A stretch of 59,139 bases of DNA, the filler included, from Basidiobolus meristosporus CBS 931.73 (Eukaryota > Fungi > Basidiobolomycota), in assembly GCA_002104905.1 (NCBI GenBank). It is 4 parts of 4 records of this genome, joined end to end, with 100 filler letters (N's around TTAATTAATTAA, not from the genome) between each part and the next. Parts side by side here need not be neighbours in the genome. Positions count along the whole stretch, not along the records: positions 36,886 to 59,139 come from MCFE01000980.1; 3 more parts are not named here. One strand, written 5' to 3'. The translations under genes were made by a program, and so were the position numbers. Below are positions 38,851 to 50,466 of this stretch, piece by piece (the first letter of the stretch is position 1; every line of letters starts with the position of its first letter). The notes below the pieces were generated by a model. That model was not told the DNA's origin, searched no databases, and worked only from the letters and a program-made list of their open reading frames with translations.

Positions 38851-41180
38851 TGCATCATGTAAATATATTTACAGTTTTTTCTTTATGTCAACTAATTCTG
38901 CAGTAGTATATTTTATTTTGTAACATACCTTCTTGCCTATTTGGTTTCTTCTCCTGAAGAAACTTGTTCATCCTTGTTCCACCTGAATTGTTTGTTAGTT
39001 TGCTTTTCTTGTGCTATCCTTGCCCTAGTTAGGTGACTTCTGTGTACAAGTCTTGGTTTGATTTTGCCTTCTCTATTGCATATTGTCTATATGCTGAATG
39101 TGTGTTTTTGAACAACTTTGTATGGTCCTTTCCAGTGAGGCTTCAATTTTTGCTTTGTTTAGTTCTTTATCAGCATATGCTCTCCTTCCTGTAGTTTGGG
39201 GTGTTTGATTCTTTTATCATAGCATGTTTTCATTCTCTCCCAGGCTCTTTTAGCACCATTTATATCTGCTGCTCTATCTTGCCCCAATTCTTCCAGTTCT
39301 CTTGCCATGTATTCTGATAGAACCTCAAGGTTCATTATGTCCCATAGGTCTAGTTTCTGAATGTCTCTTGGTATGACCAGGTGTCTTCCATACATTGTAT
39401 AAAATATGGAGTATACAGATGCAAAATGAGCTCAAATTCTGCAAGCTAACAGTGCCTGATTGATAAACTGATCCCATTTATGTATAGCTCCTTTACAGTG
39501 TTTAGTTGGCATTCTTCCAAAGAGTCCATTGAGTATCTCTATGACTCCATTAGTCTGTAGATGGTAGGCCAAAGTCTGGAGGTAGTGATGTTCAGTAACT
39601 CCTAGGGGTGTCCCAGAATATTTTGCAATGAAATTGGCACCTCTGTCTGTCAAAATCTTGGCTGGGCCTCCACATTGCACCACTATTTCCTCATATATGA
39701 GCCAGGCTATTTTGTTTTGGCTTGCTTCTTTGAGTGCTCTTGAAACTGCCATTTAGTACAACAAACAATCCTCACCAGGATATACTACTTTCTAGAACTT
39801 GTTTTGGGCAAAATCCTAATGAAGTCAAGTGGCCATCTGTGAAATGGTTTGTCAGGTGGTATAGGGTACATTTGCAAGTTGTTCAGCTGAGCATTTTGGG
39901 TGAGCTGGCACTCTTGGCCACTATGGGCAAGGTGCTTTATGTCTACTGACATTCTGGGTCACTAAACATTTCTAGATACTATTTGTGTGGTCCCTTGACC
40001 CCAGATGTCCAGATCCATGTTGGTACTTGGCTATCAAGTCTGCTCTCATGACAAATGATACATATGATACATTTCCTGCACTAGCTTTCTTGTTGTGGTG
40101 GTGTAGAGGTACATGTGGGAGAAGGTACACAACTCACAGGGTGTGAGGTGTCTGATGGGGGCAATAATATCTGGGTCTAAACTGCAGTGTCTCTGTCAAT
40201 ATGTCACTCTGGTAAAAGCACCAGCTTCTCTGGCATCCTAGGTGCTCCAAATGTCTCCAAAGACCTCTGTGTGTCTTGTGCACTACTGTGAGAAGCTCCT
40301 TTATGCATAGTGCAAGGTGTAATTGCTGAAGATTGGTGCAGTGATTAGCTACTAATCAATGAGGGGCCACTGTCACTGATAGAGAGATGATTTATTGATG
40401 GGATATTGACTTCCCTTAAATACATTTCCAGATGGCCAAGTAATTACTAATGACAAGGTTATAGAAGATTTCAGGCATCATTTATACTTATGATGACATC
40501 ACTTTGAGCTCAAAATACTCTGAGAAGGTTCTAGAAGGTACTAAAAGGCACAATACATCCAAATAATCAGGGATCAGTAGTTTGAATCACCTATGGCATA
40601 GATATACCATATATGGTTCTCAATGCTAGAGATGGTTATACAGATATAGATCATATGTTGTGGGTACTGATATGGATACCTGCCTAATGTAAATGCATCT
40701 GCAGATCACAAAGTTGAATAACAGTTGGGATAACTAATGCCAACAACACATCATGGTGAATATCATATAGGGATAATACTGATAATATGGGCAAAGCAGA
40801 ATGAGATAATACTGATAAGATAAATACTGACAAATGAACTATAACAACTATATAAATAAACTTGTCTGTGGGATATATATCTACTCTACTACCTTGTAGA
40901 CTACCTCATGGTCTTCAGTGAGTTATCTGCTGTTTTCTGTCACTTTTCTTTGGATTTCTAGTATAGTCTGTGGAGAAAATATTCTTGATTCCAAGTGTCC
41001 AGGTAATAGTTCTGCCAAGTCATATGCTTCTTGTATCATGGGTGTTTTCAGTGTGGGGTTTCTAAAAAGGATAAGTTAACTAATTGGGTGAAGTTGTGAG
41101 AAGATAATTGTAGCATGAAAAAAGAAAGACCTATAGTACAAACAAGAATGTAATGGCTTATATATGTAAGGGTGGTGAAT
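38850..41180 (-). mobile_element. Heavily decayed Ty3/gypsy element (family D, distant relative of A)
   Basis: Integrase remnants (ILTDRGANF, AYHLQTNG, KWDQFINQALLACRI, RELEELG); RNase H and gag traces; PPT aggcaagaaggta followed by TGTTACA at 38925; almost no CpG. Boundaries approximate. Confidence 0.78.
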
Positions 41181-41182
41181 CA

Positions 41183-41531
41183 TGTTGTAAGAGTCTTGGA
41201 GATATTGGAAGTGACTTGGAGAACAAGTAGATTATGTGGTTTTCACTTAATGATTTATCAAATGTAAAAGTAGTATTTATACTTTTACCTGGTGTTGGCA
41301 TTACAAACATGTAGAATAGGTTAAGGAAGGTCCCAAGAACATGTGTGCAAAGTTTGGGGCTGTTTGGACAACTTTGAGAATTTTCATGTTCTGGGTACCT
41401 GGTATTTTGGTGAAAATATTCTAAGTAAATCCTGACAAGGAATTTGGTCAGTATTCTCTAGGATTTGAAGGTGATGATCTAAGTGACTAAGTTAGGTTAC
41501 TATTTAGGTGGAAATGCAAATTTTTACAACA
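41183..41531. mobile_element. Solo LTR, family C, with 5 bp TSD AATCA
   Basis: TGTTGTAA...TTACAACA flanked by aatca on both sides. Confidence 0.88.
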
Positions 41532-42594
41532 AATCAAAGGTTAGTTGTTGGACCAAAAATTCTTTTTTACAAACTTTTTGTCAATCATTTTTTTTCCAAA
41601 TACTTTTTTGTATGATATATCTGCATTGGTCAATACTTTAAATATTTGCTTGATCTTAGTCCAAGCTTGTCATCTCCAAACTTTTAGCATCTTGGAAATA
41701 TTTCTGGTTAGATTTAAAAAACTCTTATCATACTGAAAATATTCACTATATATATGACACAGCTTGTTGTCTAGAAACTTCTCACATCTTAAAAGTATTT
41801 TTGGTTAAAACTAAAAGAGCTTAAGAGAATTGTACATCTTGGAAATAGCTTTTGTTGAAATCAAAAGTTTATTATTGGGAAAAAGCTTCATTCAAACTAG
41901 GTTAAATATTTAGCAGCTGGAAAAGTCTGTCTTAACCCAAAAATAGCTACATAAAAAAGTCTTAACCAACATCAAAGTAGGTGTTGGAAATTTCTTTTCA
42001 AAATTAAGATATTATCATCTAGATATATATTTGCTCTAAAAAATAAAAGTGGTCATCTAAGAAAGTTCTGTACTATCAGATTATTATTGCTGCACACAAG
42101 ATTCTAAAGATTTTGAAGTAAGTGCCAAATGCTTTTAAATCAATAGTTTCTAATTTTGAAAAAATTTTAAAAAAGCATTTTATTACAAGAAAGTTACAAA
42201 CATCTTATAGTTACTTCAAAAAGCATTTAAGCCATGATCCTTAAAATACAAATCAAAGGTACAAAAAATCAATAATGTCAGATTGTACCATAGTGTGCAA
42301 TATTGTCCCATATAATGAAAATGGTCCAAGAGCAATCCTGCCTACTGGTAGCTACAATATTACACCCAATTGTTCTAAACAACCAAACTCTATGCTACAC
42401 ACCATGACATGGTACAATCAAACAAGTCTATTAGCCTCTGTATATGTGCACACCAACTGCAATTGACAAACTTCTATCACCTCAACTTTACAGATTTCAG
42501 TGTAATACTTACAAAGTTGCCAAATTTAGTAAATGACATGGGCAACAAAATTTGAAGAATTAAAAAAGATAAGTGGTTTTCAACCAAGGTGTAT

Positions 42595-42829
42595 TGTTGT
42601 GGTAAGGTCATCAGCATCTTCAAACCATCACAACTGGAGACCTACCCCTGAACTATCCATTGAGTATTACTAAAATTAGGCAAAACGGCTAAGACATGCA
42701 TATAGCAAATGTAGTTCACCAAAGTATAAATTAGCAAAACATGTTAGAAAATAAAGCAGTCTTTCCTTCCAGCCTCAACCTTTGAACACCAATCTCTGGT
42801 TAACACCCTTGGTAGTACATACTTCAACA
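42595..42829. mobile_element. Solo LTR (235 bp) with 4 bp TSD GTAT, 10 bp upstream of a tRNA-Ala pseudogene
   Basis: TGTTG...CAACA flanked by gtat; absent from the paralogous block at about 49980. Confidence 0.85.
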
Positions 42830-42839
42830 GTATGTATAT

Positions 42840-42912
42840 GGGTGTCCAGCTCAGATGGTAGAGTGCTTGCTTAGCATGCAAGAGGCACTGGGATCAATAC
42901 TCAGGTCCTCTG
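42840..42912 (+). pseudogene. tRNA-Ala(AGC) pseudogene
   Basis: Copy of 49987-50059 with CpG to TpG/CpA changes and broken stems. Confidence 0.85.
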
Positions 42913-43032
42913 TTTTGGATTATTCTAAATGAGTTTCATCAATCTTTTGAATGCTATATTTATGTGAGTAGATGCAATTAGTGGCTAGGCAAAATTGTAT
43001 TTTAATGAATGCTTCAATTAGCAAAAAAGATG

Positions 43033-43072
43033 AGGACGCAGGCGGATTTGACCCACTGAGCTATATGTCCAA
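43033..43072 (-). pseudogene. tRNA-Cys pseudogene with an internal deletion
   Basis: aggacgcaggcggatttga-cccactgagctatatgtcc; the anticodon arm of the 50180-50251 copy is missing. Confidence 0.8.
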
Positions 43073-43212
43073 TAATTACTCTATTGGGATTCATTGTTTC
43101 ATTCTTCCATATCACTATCTGGCTTAAATATCATATACAGACAACCATTCAAAACACAAAAATTATTGCTCAATTCCAGGAAAGTGAAAAACAAAGAATA
43201 AAAAATGTACAT

Positions 43213-43285
43213 CACCCAATGTGGGGGTCAAACCCACAGCCTTGAGATTAAGAGTCTCATGCTCTACCAATTGAGCTAGCCAGGC
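43213..43285 (-). pseudogene. tRNA-Lys(CTT) decayed copy
   Basis: Copy of 50394-50466 with at least five CpG transitions, including T-loop TTCGA to TTTGA. Confidence 0.85.
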
Positions 43286-43295
43286 CTTATTGAGT

Positions 43296-45420
43296 TGTTA
43301 CAGAGTAAAGAGTCACCTGATGTTAAGTGACATCAACACATACAAAGACAACTTAGTAGTCAGGGAAAGGCAAATCAAAGACAAATCACCAGACTCACAG
43401 TAAGGTATAAATATCAAACAAGCAACTAAGTAAAAAGGGAGTTTTTGGTTATAGGCAGAAAAGCATAGTGGGAACAAAAACTAGCTTAAATATATTTCTA
43501 CAAGGTCAACACCCTAACCTTTTAAAGAGATATTCTTACACTACCCTGTCAAATCTACAAGATAACATACACATTATCCCTTTTTGTACTCTCTAAAGGA
43601 CATTACTCTTTAAGTACATAACAGAATTAGTGCTCACAGCAGGGGGTAGTATTAAACAAAAGGAATCTATCTCTTACAAAAAGAACAGAAGATGTCCATG
43701 CTACAATGGGAACAAAGACTGGTCACAATTAGCAATTTCTTGGGATATCAGACCAAAAATCCTATTGCTTGGCTACAGGAATGTGAAGTAAGTCAAAAGG
43801 CAAATTGATGGGATCTAGCAGATCTTCCAACAATTGCAGGTGCTTACATGAAGGAACTGGCAGCTACTAGGTAAGAAGAAAGTAAAGGGCTTTTGACAGA
43901 TTGGGAAACCATTAAGCAAAGATTCAAGGAAAAATATGCCACAATGGCACAAATGGATGCATGGTGTCAAAACCTGATGAATTTATGACAGAAAGATGAA
44001 TCAGTAGCAGAAATTGCCACATAAGTATTAAGATTATTTGCAAGGTTGGGATACTCCCTGGAGGAAGATAAGATCAAAGGTTTCTCAATGTTCTTCATTC
44101 TGAGATCCAGATGGAGGTCAGAAAATGTAGACCCACAACTCTGGGTGAAGCAATTGCTTTTGCTGAGGAGGAGGAACAACGTCTAGGAGGCCCTACAAGG
44201 GAGAATATCAATGAGAAAACACATGCACCATTATTAACTCCACCAACAACATCATGGGATAGTCAACTGGATAAACTGGCAGCTAAATTTGATTGAATGG
44301 AACTTAATTTGTTAGCCAGTCAGAAGACAAATTCTAGTTCTATCCCCAGTTCAAACCACAACCCTCCAAGAAGGGAACAAAGATGCTTTGGTTGTGGAGA
44401 ACCCAGACATATCTTGAGGAATTGTCCTTATTTCAAGTTAGTACCAACTGTAGTAGCAAATACACAAAGAGAAGGAAATACCTTGCAAGAGGAAGGCAAA
44501 TATAGGAGCCATTCAGAAGTCAACATAGTAGAAGACATGACAGATTCTATATACATGTTAGAAAAAAGTCAATGGATACAAAGGATGAATCCCCAAAAAT
44601 GGAATGCATGATAATAGAAACTGGAGGGGGAACAATAAAACCATCTGGCATAACAACACCAATGGATGTCACCCAAGTTGCAAACCAAATAAGGAATCAG
44701 AAAATCCCTGTTCCAATCTGAAGTCTTTTAAAGTAGCCTATGTTGAAGCAAGAGTTAAGCCACATGGAGCAACATATGAATAAAATACAAGAAAAGGCTG
44801 AGGAACAACCACAAGAGGATATTCAGGTAGCACAAATACTTATAAGTATCAACAAGAAGCAATATCTGGTTGTTATAGACACTTGGGCAAACTGTAGTAT
44901 TATTTTGGCAGACTTGCAACAAAAGTTACAGCTGAAAACTCAAGATACATGCCCACAACAGGTGCTTAACTTTGGAGGACAATTACTCTTAATCAAGTGC
45001 ATAGTGCCAAATGTTCCTTGTTCAATTGATCACTATTTATTACCAAATTCTTTGGTAGTTATTGATCAACCCACATGCAACTTGCTATTAGGGATAGATT
45101 GGATTGAAAAATACCAAGTTTAACTGGACTTTGCAATGAAGGAGTTTTCTTTTGGAACCGCAGAAGGAAGATGTAAGATACCAATTATTAATAGATGCAA
45201 GGGGATGGAGCAGGAAGAAGAGCAAATCTTGCTGATCATGATTAGACCAATGGAAAAAATGGAAAAAACTCCAAAAGTCTTAGTAAAAGAAAAGGAACAA
45301 ATAGGTACTTTATTAAGGAAATTTGCAAACATATTTGCCAAGGACATCAAAAATCTAGGTCAACTGCAAGATGTAAGACACAAAATAACAGGTATCAAAA
45401 AGGAAGCAATCGTTCAGGGG
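43296..45420 (+). mobile_element. Degenerate, 3'-truncated Ty3/gypsy family B element
   Basis: LTR TGTTACAG...CATAACA 43296-43623; PBS tagtgctcacagcagggg (tRNA-Ile); gag remnant; CFGCGEPRHILRNCP knuckle; protease VIDTWANCSII; start of RT. Many stops. Confidence 0.82.
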
Positions 45421-45634
45421 CAACAAAGCAAAAATTGTATACTTAGGGCAATGCACTATGGGAAGTGCCAATATTTCTTAAAACCATTGCAGATACGGTG
45501 GTAAAGCAATAACATAAAGTATTGCAAATATCGTATGTAAAGAGCCACATCCAACAAGAAAAAGGCAAGCCTTTGCTGCAAGGCTCTACCCACAAGTGAT
45601 ACCCATAGGAATAGGGTTTGCACAAACCAAAAAT

Positions 45635-45719
45635 TCCGAACACCCGGATTTGAACCAGGGACCTAAAGATTGCTATATAACACTACAGTCTTCCGCTCTA
45701 CCAACTGAGCTATGTTCGG
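45635..45719 (-). tRNA. tRNA-Tyr-GTA: tRNA-Tyr(GTA), intron-containing
   Basis: Exons identical to the 29167 copy; intron slightly different. Confidence 0.93.
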
Positions 45720-45958
45720 TTTTGTTATTTGATCCTGATTTAAAATATAATATGGAGATAAATTGTACAATAGCACCGTTACTAGCTTGTTAATCAACTG
45801 CGTTACAAAAAAAGTCTATAATGAGACAGCAGGTACGTGGAGAGCTCCTATAATTGCACTTACCTGACTAAGCCACCAACGGCGAGCAATAGATTTTGAT
45901 CTAAATGGCGGGTAAGTTAAATTGACATTTAGAACGATGGTAAACAAACCACAAGAAT

Positions 45959-46041
45959 GGAGAGATGGCCGAGTTGGTCTAAGGCGTCACGTTAAGGCCG
46001 TGATCTCTTCGGAGGCGTGGGTTCGAATCCCACTCTCTTCA
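45959..46041 (+). tRNA. tRNA-Leu-AAG: tRNA-Leu(AAG)
   Basis: Identical body to 29353. Confidence 0.95.
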
Positions 46042-46234
46042 TTGCTTTTGGAGTAATTTTGCTTGCTTTTACTCAAGAGTCACATAAGAGCCAAAGACAG
46101 ATTTAGTAAATGACATGGGCAACGGCCACTTAATGTTTTGAACATTTGGATGCTTAGCACAGCCCTTTGAAGTAGACAATAAAGACATTTTCTTGTACAA
46201 GTATAAAAGTATAAAAGGTTCAACATGTAAAACA

Positions 46235-46307
46235 TGCCTTCTGCCGGAATCGAACCAGCGACCTTCTGCTTACTAGGCAGACGCTCTGCCAACTGAGCCA
46301 AGGAGGC
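46235..46307 (-). tRNA. tRNA-Thr-AGT: tRNA-Thr(AGT)
   Basis: Cloverleaf with CTAGTAA loop. Confidence 0.95.
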
Positions 46308-46500
46308 ATTATACGACAACCCTTTCTTATATATACTATCTAAAATTGCCCTTCAGCAATAATGACTAGGGAATAGAGAGCAGCATTGTATCTGGAAAGC
46401 AAACTCTTTTATACCAAAGACAGCAGTAGCAAAGGAAGAACAGACACACGCACACATAACAGAAGCAAAAGAGTATTGTGTAGTGGAGCAATTCGGAAGA

Positions 46501-46619
46501 AAACATCAGCACCTAGTATTCCCACGTGGTCCCCCACCGTAGTACTGACTAGGCCATTACCAGTTTGACTTCGGAGATCGGACGGGATCCGGTATTTTCT
46601 GGTATGTATGGCCGATGCT
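46501..46619 (-). rRNA. 5S rRNA: 5S rRNA
   Basis: GCATCGGCCATAC...GATCCCGTCCGATCTCCGAAGTCAA...TAGTCAGTACTACGGTGGGGGACCACGTGGGAATACTAGGTGCTGATGT, then a TTTT terminator. Confidence 0.93.
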
Positions 46620-47302
46620 CGAGAGTAACGTATCTCAATGAGTATTTATCTTTAATTATGTTATGCTTTTGCCACTTCAAACAAGCATGGGAGGTTGCAA
46701 GGCTATGGTGGTTTAAGCCCACCTTTCTCCGGGTGGTCCATACCAGTGCCATTAATATATATCATCTAATGACTGACTGGAATATATATGCATACCAACC
46801 GAAATAGATCAAAGTATTGAAGTAATATGCAAGTCCCTTTGGTCGCAGCTGGCTAGGCGGGTGACTACTGACACCACTGAAACAAGTTCCATTCGGGGGA
46901 AGGGAGTTTAGATGTTAGCACTAGTCTAGTAATGGTAAACTTAGGCGGTTATGACGAAATTTTGTAAAAATGCTGTATGCATCATTGAACACAACCAAAT
47001 TAATTTTGTTTAATTTGTTCGCTGGCCCTAACCTCTCCTACGTACATCGAACCTTTTGCTTTATAACCTAAATGGGAACTCTAAAGCCTTGACCAGCCAA
47101 GCTTATCAAGGGTACGTCATTTTTCTGGCAAGCTGGGCCTAGTAAAGTTTACTATTGGTTTTCACCATAAATGTAGTATTATGTATGCTCCCTAATGTTG
47201 AAGCGGAAGAAGGAACCCGTAAGAGTAATTAAAGTAAAGATATCTCACCAAATGTGCGATATTCTTGAGGTTTGGAAATACAACTCTAAAAGAGCAAAAA
47301 TA

Positions 47303-47375
47303 CGAGCATACCAGGGATCGAACCTGGAATCTCCTGATCCGTAGTCAGGCGCCTTATCCATTTGGCCATACGCCC
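47303..47375 (-). tRNA. tRNA-Arg-ACG: tRNA-Arg(ACG)
   Basis: Same body as 30524. Confidence 0.95.
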
Positions 47376-47748
47376 ATATTGTCTACTGTATTCTCAAAGT
47401 AACTCTTAGCTTGAGAGCGAAGCTTTCCGTATATCAGTAGTTCGTATTAGCCATTAACTATGCTCATTCATATAGATAACCGTGTCTATACATTTTTATC
47501 TCGTATAGGTGTTATACTATGTATAAATACAACCGGGTATTTGTTTTCCTAATATGCACAATTAGGGTATTGTGTGATACAAAGAGACCACCCGGCTAAC
47601 AACACTTCAGTATACAGGTTGCACGTCACTCTAAGGTTCTTAACGAGGAATTCACCATTCCGGCAAAAATATATAAACAGCTGGATCGCATTGCTTCAAC
47701 GAAACGGGCCATGAAGTTGTACCTTTGGATTAAAAGGTATTATTGAAC

Positions 47749-47820
47749 TTCCGCATCGGGGAATCGAACCCCGGCCTTCTCGGTGAGAGCGAGAGATCCT
47801 GACCACTGGACCAATGCGGA
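47749..47820 (-). tRNA. tRNA-Glu-CTC: tRNA-Glu(CTC), second isodecoder
   Basis: TCCGCATTGGTCCAGTGGTCAGG...CTCTCAC...ATGCGGA. Confidence 0.95.
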
Positions 47821-48083
47821 GGAGCACAGTTGAGTCTATGAAATATTCACAGTTCACATATCCTTGTATATCATTGTCTAGCAAATCCAAAGGGTTCGTA
47901 TACCACACCCTAAGCATTTCGATACATACTCTTAATGATATAGTCAGAGCTTTCTATTAACAAATGAAAGTATCTTGACTAATATCTATGGGGCCACTTA
48001 GCATCACAATCGAGGTTAGATTTTCGTTTCTGTCATGCACCAAGGTTTTTCATACAAAATATTACTTCAAAGCTCAAAAGAAA

Positions 48084-48155
48084 CTCTCGGACCGGGAATT
48101 GAACCCGGGTCTCCTGCGTGACAGGCAGGGATACTTACCACTATACTATCCGAGA
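48084..48155 (-). tRNA. tRNA-Asp-GTC: tRNA-Asp(GTC), isodecoder
   Basis: TCTCGGATAGTATAGTGG...CCTGC-CTGTCAC-GCAGG. Confidence 0.93.
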
Positions 48156-48478
48156 ACCCAGGATAGTGCCATCTACCAGGTGCAATCCCTTTGATTTGGG
48201 CACTACTCATAAAGACAGAAACATCATTTTCATCACACCGGATAGAGATCCCGATTCCCCTGAAGCTCTGAGTGGCTTAATTTCTTATGCTAGGATAGTC
48301 AGTACCATTCTAATATACCGGAGCATCTGATAGCGGTGTAATATAGAGATGATACAGAGGCATTGGAGTGTACAGTAGGTATGTGAAATGCTTGATAATA
48401 TCAGCAAAGCGTGAAAAGATAAACGCAAGTCTAAAGTGGATAGCCATGATGTAACACTACGCTAAGGCTAAAAGAGAA

Positions 48479-48552
48479 TGCTCACAGCAGGGGTCAAACC
48501 TGCGGCCTTGGCGTTATTAGCACCACGCTCTAACCAACTGAGCTATGCGAGC
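48479..48552 (-). tRNA. tRNA-Ile-AAT: tRNA-Ile(AAT) variant (T-loop TTTGA; possibly decaying)
   Basis: Two substitutions relative to the other Ile copies, one a CpG transition in the B box. Confidence 0.7.
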
Positions 48553-48792
48553 TTAGCTTGTAGCTCTGATATAGCCATGTATGTAATCAGAGCTGAGCTA
48601 GCAATATAAATTAGTTATCAATAACTTTGCTTAAAATAAACCCGCACATGGATAGTGTAGACATACACGTTATCAAATAGGACAAAGGAACACACAGCAA
48701 AGAGATATGTATCAATAAACAATACCTTGCTCTGCGACTGAGGTTGAGTTAACCATCATTACAACATGTGCTAAAAAGTGGCAAAAATTAAG

Positions 48793-48864
48793 TGAGGAGT
48801 GCGTGATTTGAACACGCAACCTTTCGCTCTGGAGGCGAACGCGCTACCGTTGCGCCAACCCCCC
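48793..48864 (-). tRNA. tRNA-Trp-CCA: tRNA-Trp(CCA)
   Basis: TTCGC-CTCCAGA-GCGAA anticodon arm. Confidence 0.93.
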
Positions 48865-49172
48865 ACACTTATAATATATGGTATGATCGTTGGACATTTG
48901 ATTTTCTAAAATCATAATGTAACTATCATACGCTATTCATTTCTTGGACAACAGGTAGATATACTATCCAATCCCATAGCAGACCCCAATAGACTTTTTT
49001 CCATACCTAAAATAAACATTTGTAATTATGCTGGAAACCGTGGTTGCGATGTACTTAAATTTGGCATATTCCTTGGCCAGTGCACTTGACACGCGGTACA
49101 CAAAACTTGCTATACATTGACCTTATGTATAAACACAGTCAAGTACATTACTATCCTTTCCAATAAACATAT

Positions 49173-49246
49173 GTCTTCGTGGTGTAGTTGGTTATCACGT
49201 CTGTCTAACACACAGACGGTCCTCGGTTCGAATCCGAGCGAAGACA
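49173..49246 (+). tRNA. tRNA-Val-AAC: tRNA-Val(AAC)
   Basis: TCTGT-CTAACAC-ACAGA anticodon arm. Confidence 0.95.
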
Positions 49247-49510
49247 TTACTTTTCCTGACCCTCTAAATTATTTGGATCAAGTATGCCTAGCGTAGATAC
49301 TAAATCGGGCTTTGTGCGTATTACAACCAAAGGTAGTCAGTTGCCCCAAGTAACTAAATAGAGGGCTCTGTTGTGATGGAAAAATTGCATTTTTACATTA
49401 CTTGTCAATCAAGAATTACCAAGGGGAATCCACAACATTAATTGCTGCTGCAGCCCAGAGTACCCCATTCTTACTAACAATCCATTTTGACAGGAAAACA
49501 AACAAAAGAA

Positions 49511-49582
49511 GGGCTCAACTGGGAATTGAACCCAGGACCTCTCCCACCCTAAGGGAGAATTATACCACTAAACCATTGAGCC
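49511..49582 (-). tRNA. tRNA-Pro-AGG: tRNA-Pro(AGG)
   Basis: CTCCC-TTAGGGT-GGGAG anticodon arm. Confidence 0.95.
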
Positions 49583-49986
49583 AGTACCAGTGCAAACAAC
49601 CGTCTTAGAAAATACGGAAATCTGATCTGTTAGGCTTGATTACTTTTCACATTTAGTGTACTTCTAGATTGCGCTATATATGGGAAAACGGCAGAAGCTC
49701 TTAATAGCGTAGCCACAGAGAGATTTCTATTAACCAGATTGTATTAACAAACCGAAAGAAACAAAAGCATCTGTAGTGTGGATAACAAAAATGCTCCAAA
49801 ATAGCCATCAGTCATACATCAATGAATGTCCCCTTGATCGCACAAAGTTGATAATAAGAGACATACACATTACCATTGTTAACAGGGTCCTCAATTCAAT
49901 GCTAGCCAGTATTTTCTTTGCCATGCGAGTACATCTATTGAAGAATTAAAAAAGATAAGTGGTTTTCCACCGAGGTGTATATATAT

Positions 49987-50059
49987 GGGGGTCTAGCTCA
50001 GATGGTAGAGCGCTCGCTTAGCATGCGAGAGGCACTGGGATCGATACCCAGGTCCTCCA
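49987..50059 (+). tRNA. tRNA-Ala-AGC: tRNA-Ala(AGC)
   Basis: CTCGC-TTAGCAT-GCGAG anticodon arm; G3:U70. Confidence 0.95.
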
Positions 50060-50179
50060 TTTTGGATTATTCTAAATGAATTTCATCAATCTTTTGAATG
50101 CTATATTTATGTGAGTAGATGTAATTGGTGGCTAGGCGAAATTGTATTTTAATGAACGCTTCAATTAGCAAAAAAGATG

Positions 50180-50251
50180 AGGACGCAGGCGGATTTGAAC
50201 CACCGACCTATTGATCTGCAGTCAATTGCTCTACCACTGAGCTATACGTCC
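50180..50251 (-). tRNA. tRNA-Cys-GCA: tRNA-Cys(GCA)
   Basis: ATTGA-CTGCAGA-TCAAT anticodon arm; U73. Confidence 0.95.
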
Positions 50252-50393
50252 AATAATTACTCTATTGGGATTCATTGTTTCATTCTTCCATATCACTATC
50301 CGGCTTAAATATCATACACAGACAACCGTTCAAAACACAAAAATTATTGCTCAATTCCAGGAAAGTGAAAAACAAAGAATAAAAAATATACAT

Positions 50394-50466
50394 CACCCAA
50401 CGTGGGGGTCGAACCCACAACCTTGAGATTAAGAGTCTCACGCTCTACCGATTGAGCTAGCCGGGC
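50394..50466 (-). tRNA. tRNA-Lys-CTT: tRNA-Lys(CTT)
   Basis: GCCCGGCTAGCTCAATCGGTAGAGCGTGAGACTCTTAATCTCA... Confidence 0.95.

Noticed and set aside
46800-47280. Possible further Pol III RNAs (U6, SRP, RNase P) in the long spacers of the arrays
   Set aside because: No U6 ACAGAGA-box context or other recognisable motif found by eye; an Infernal/Rfam scan would be needed.
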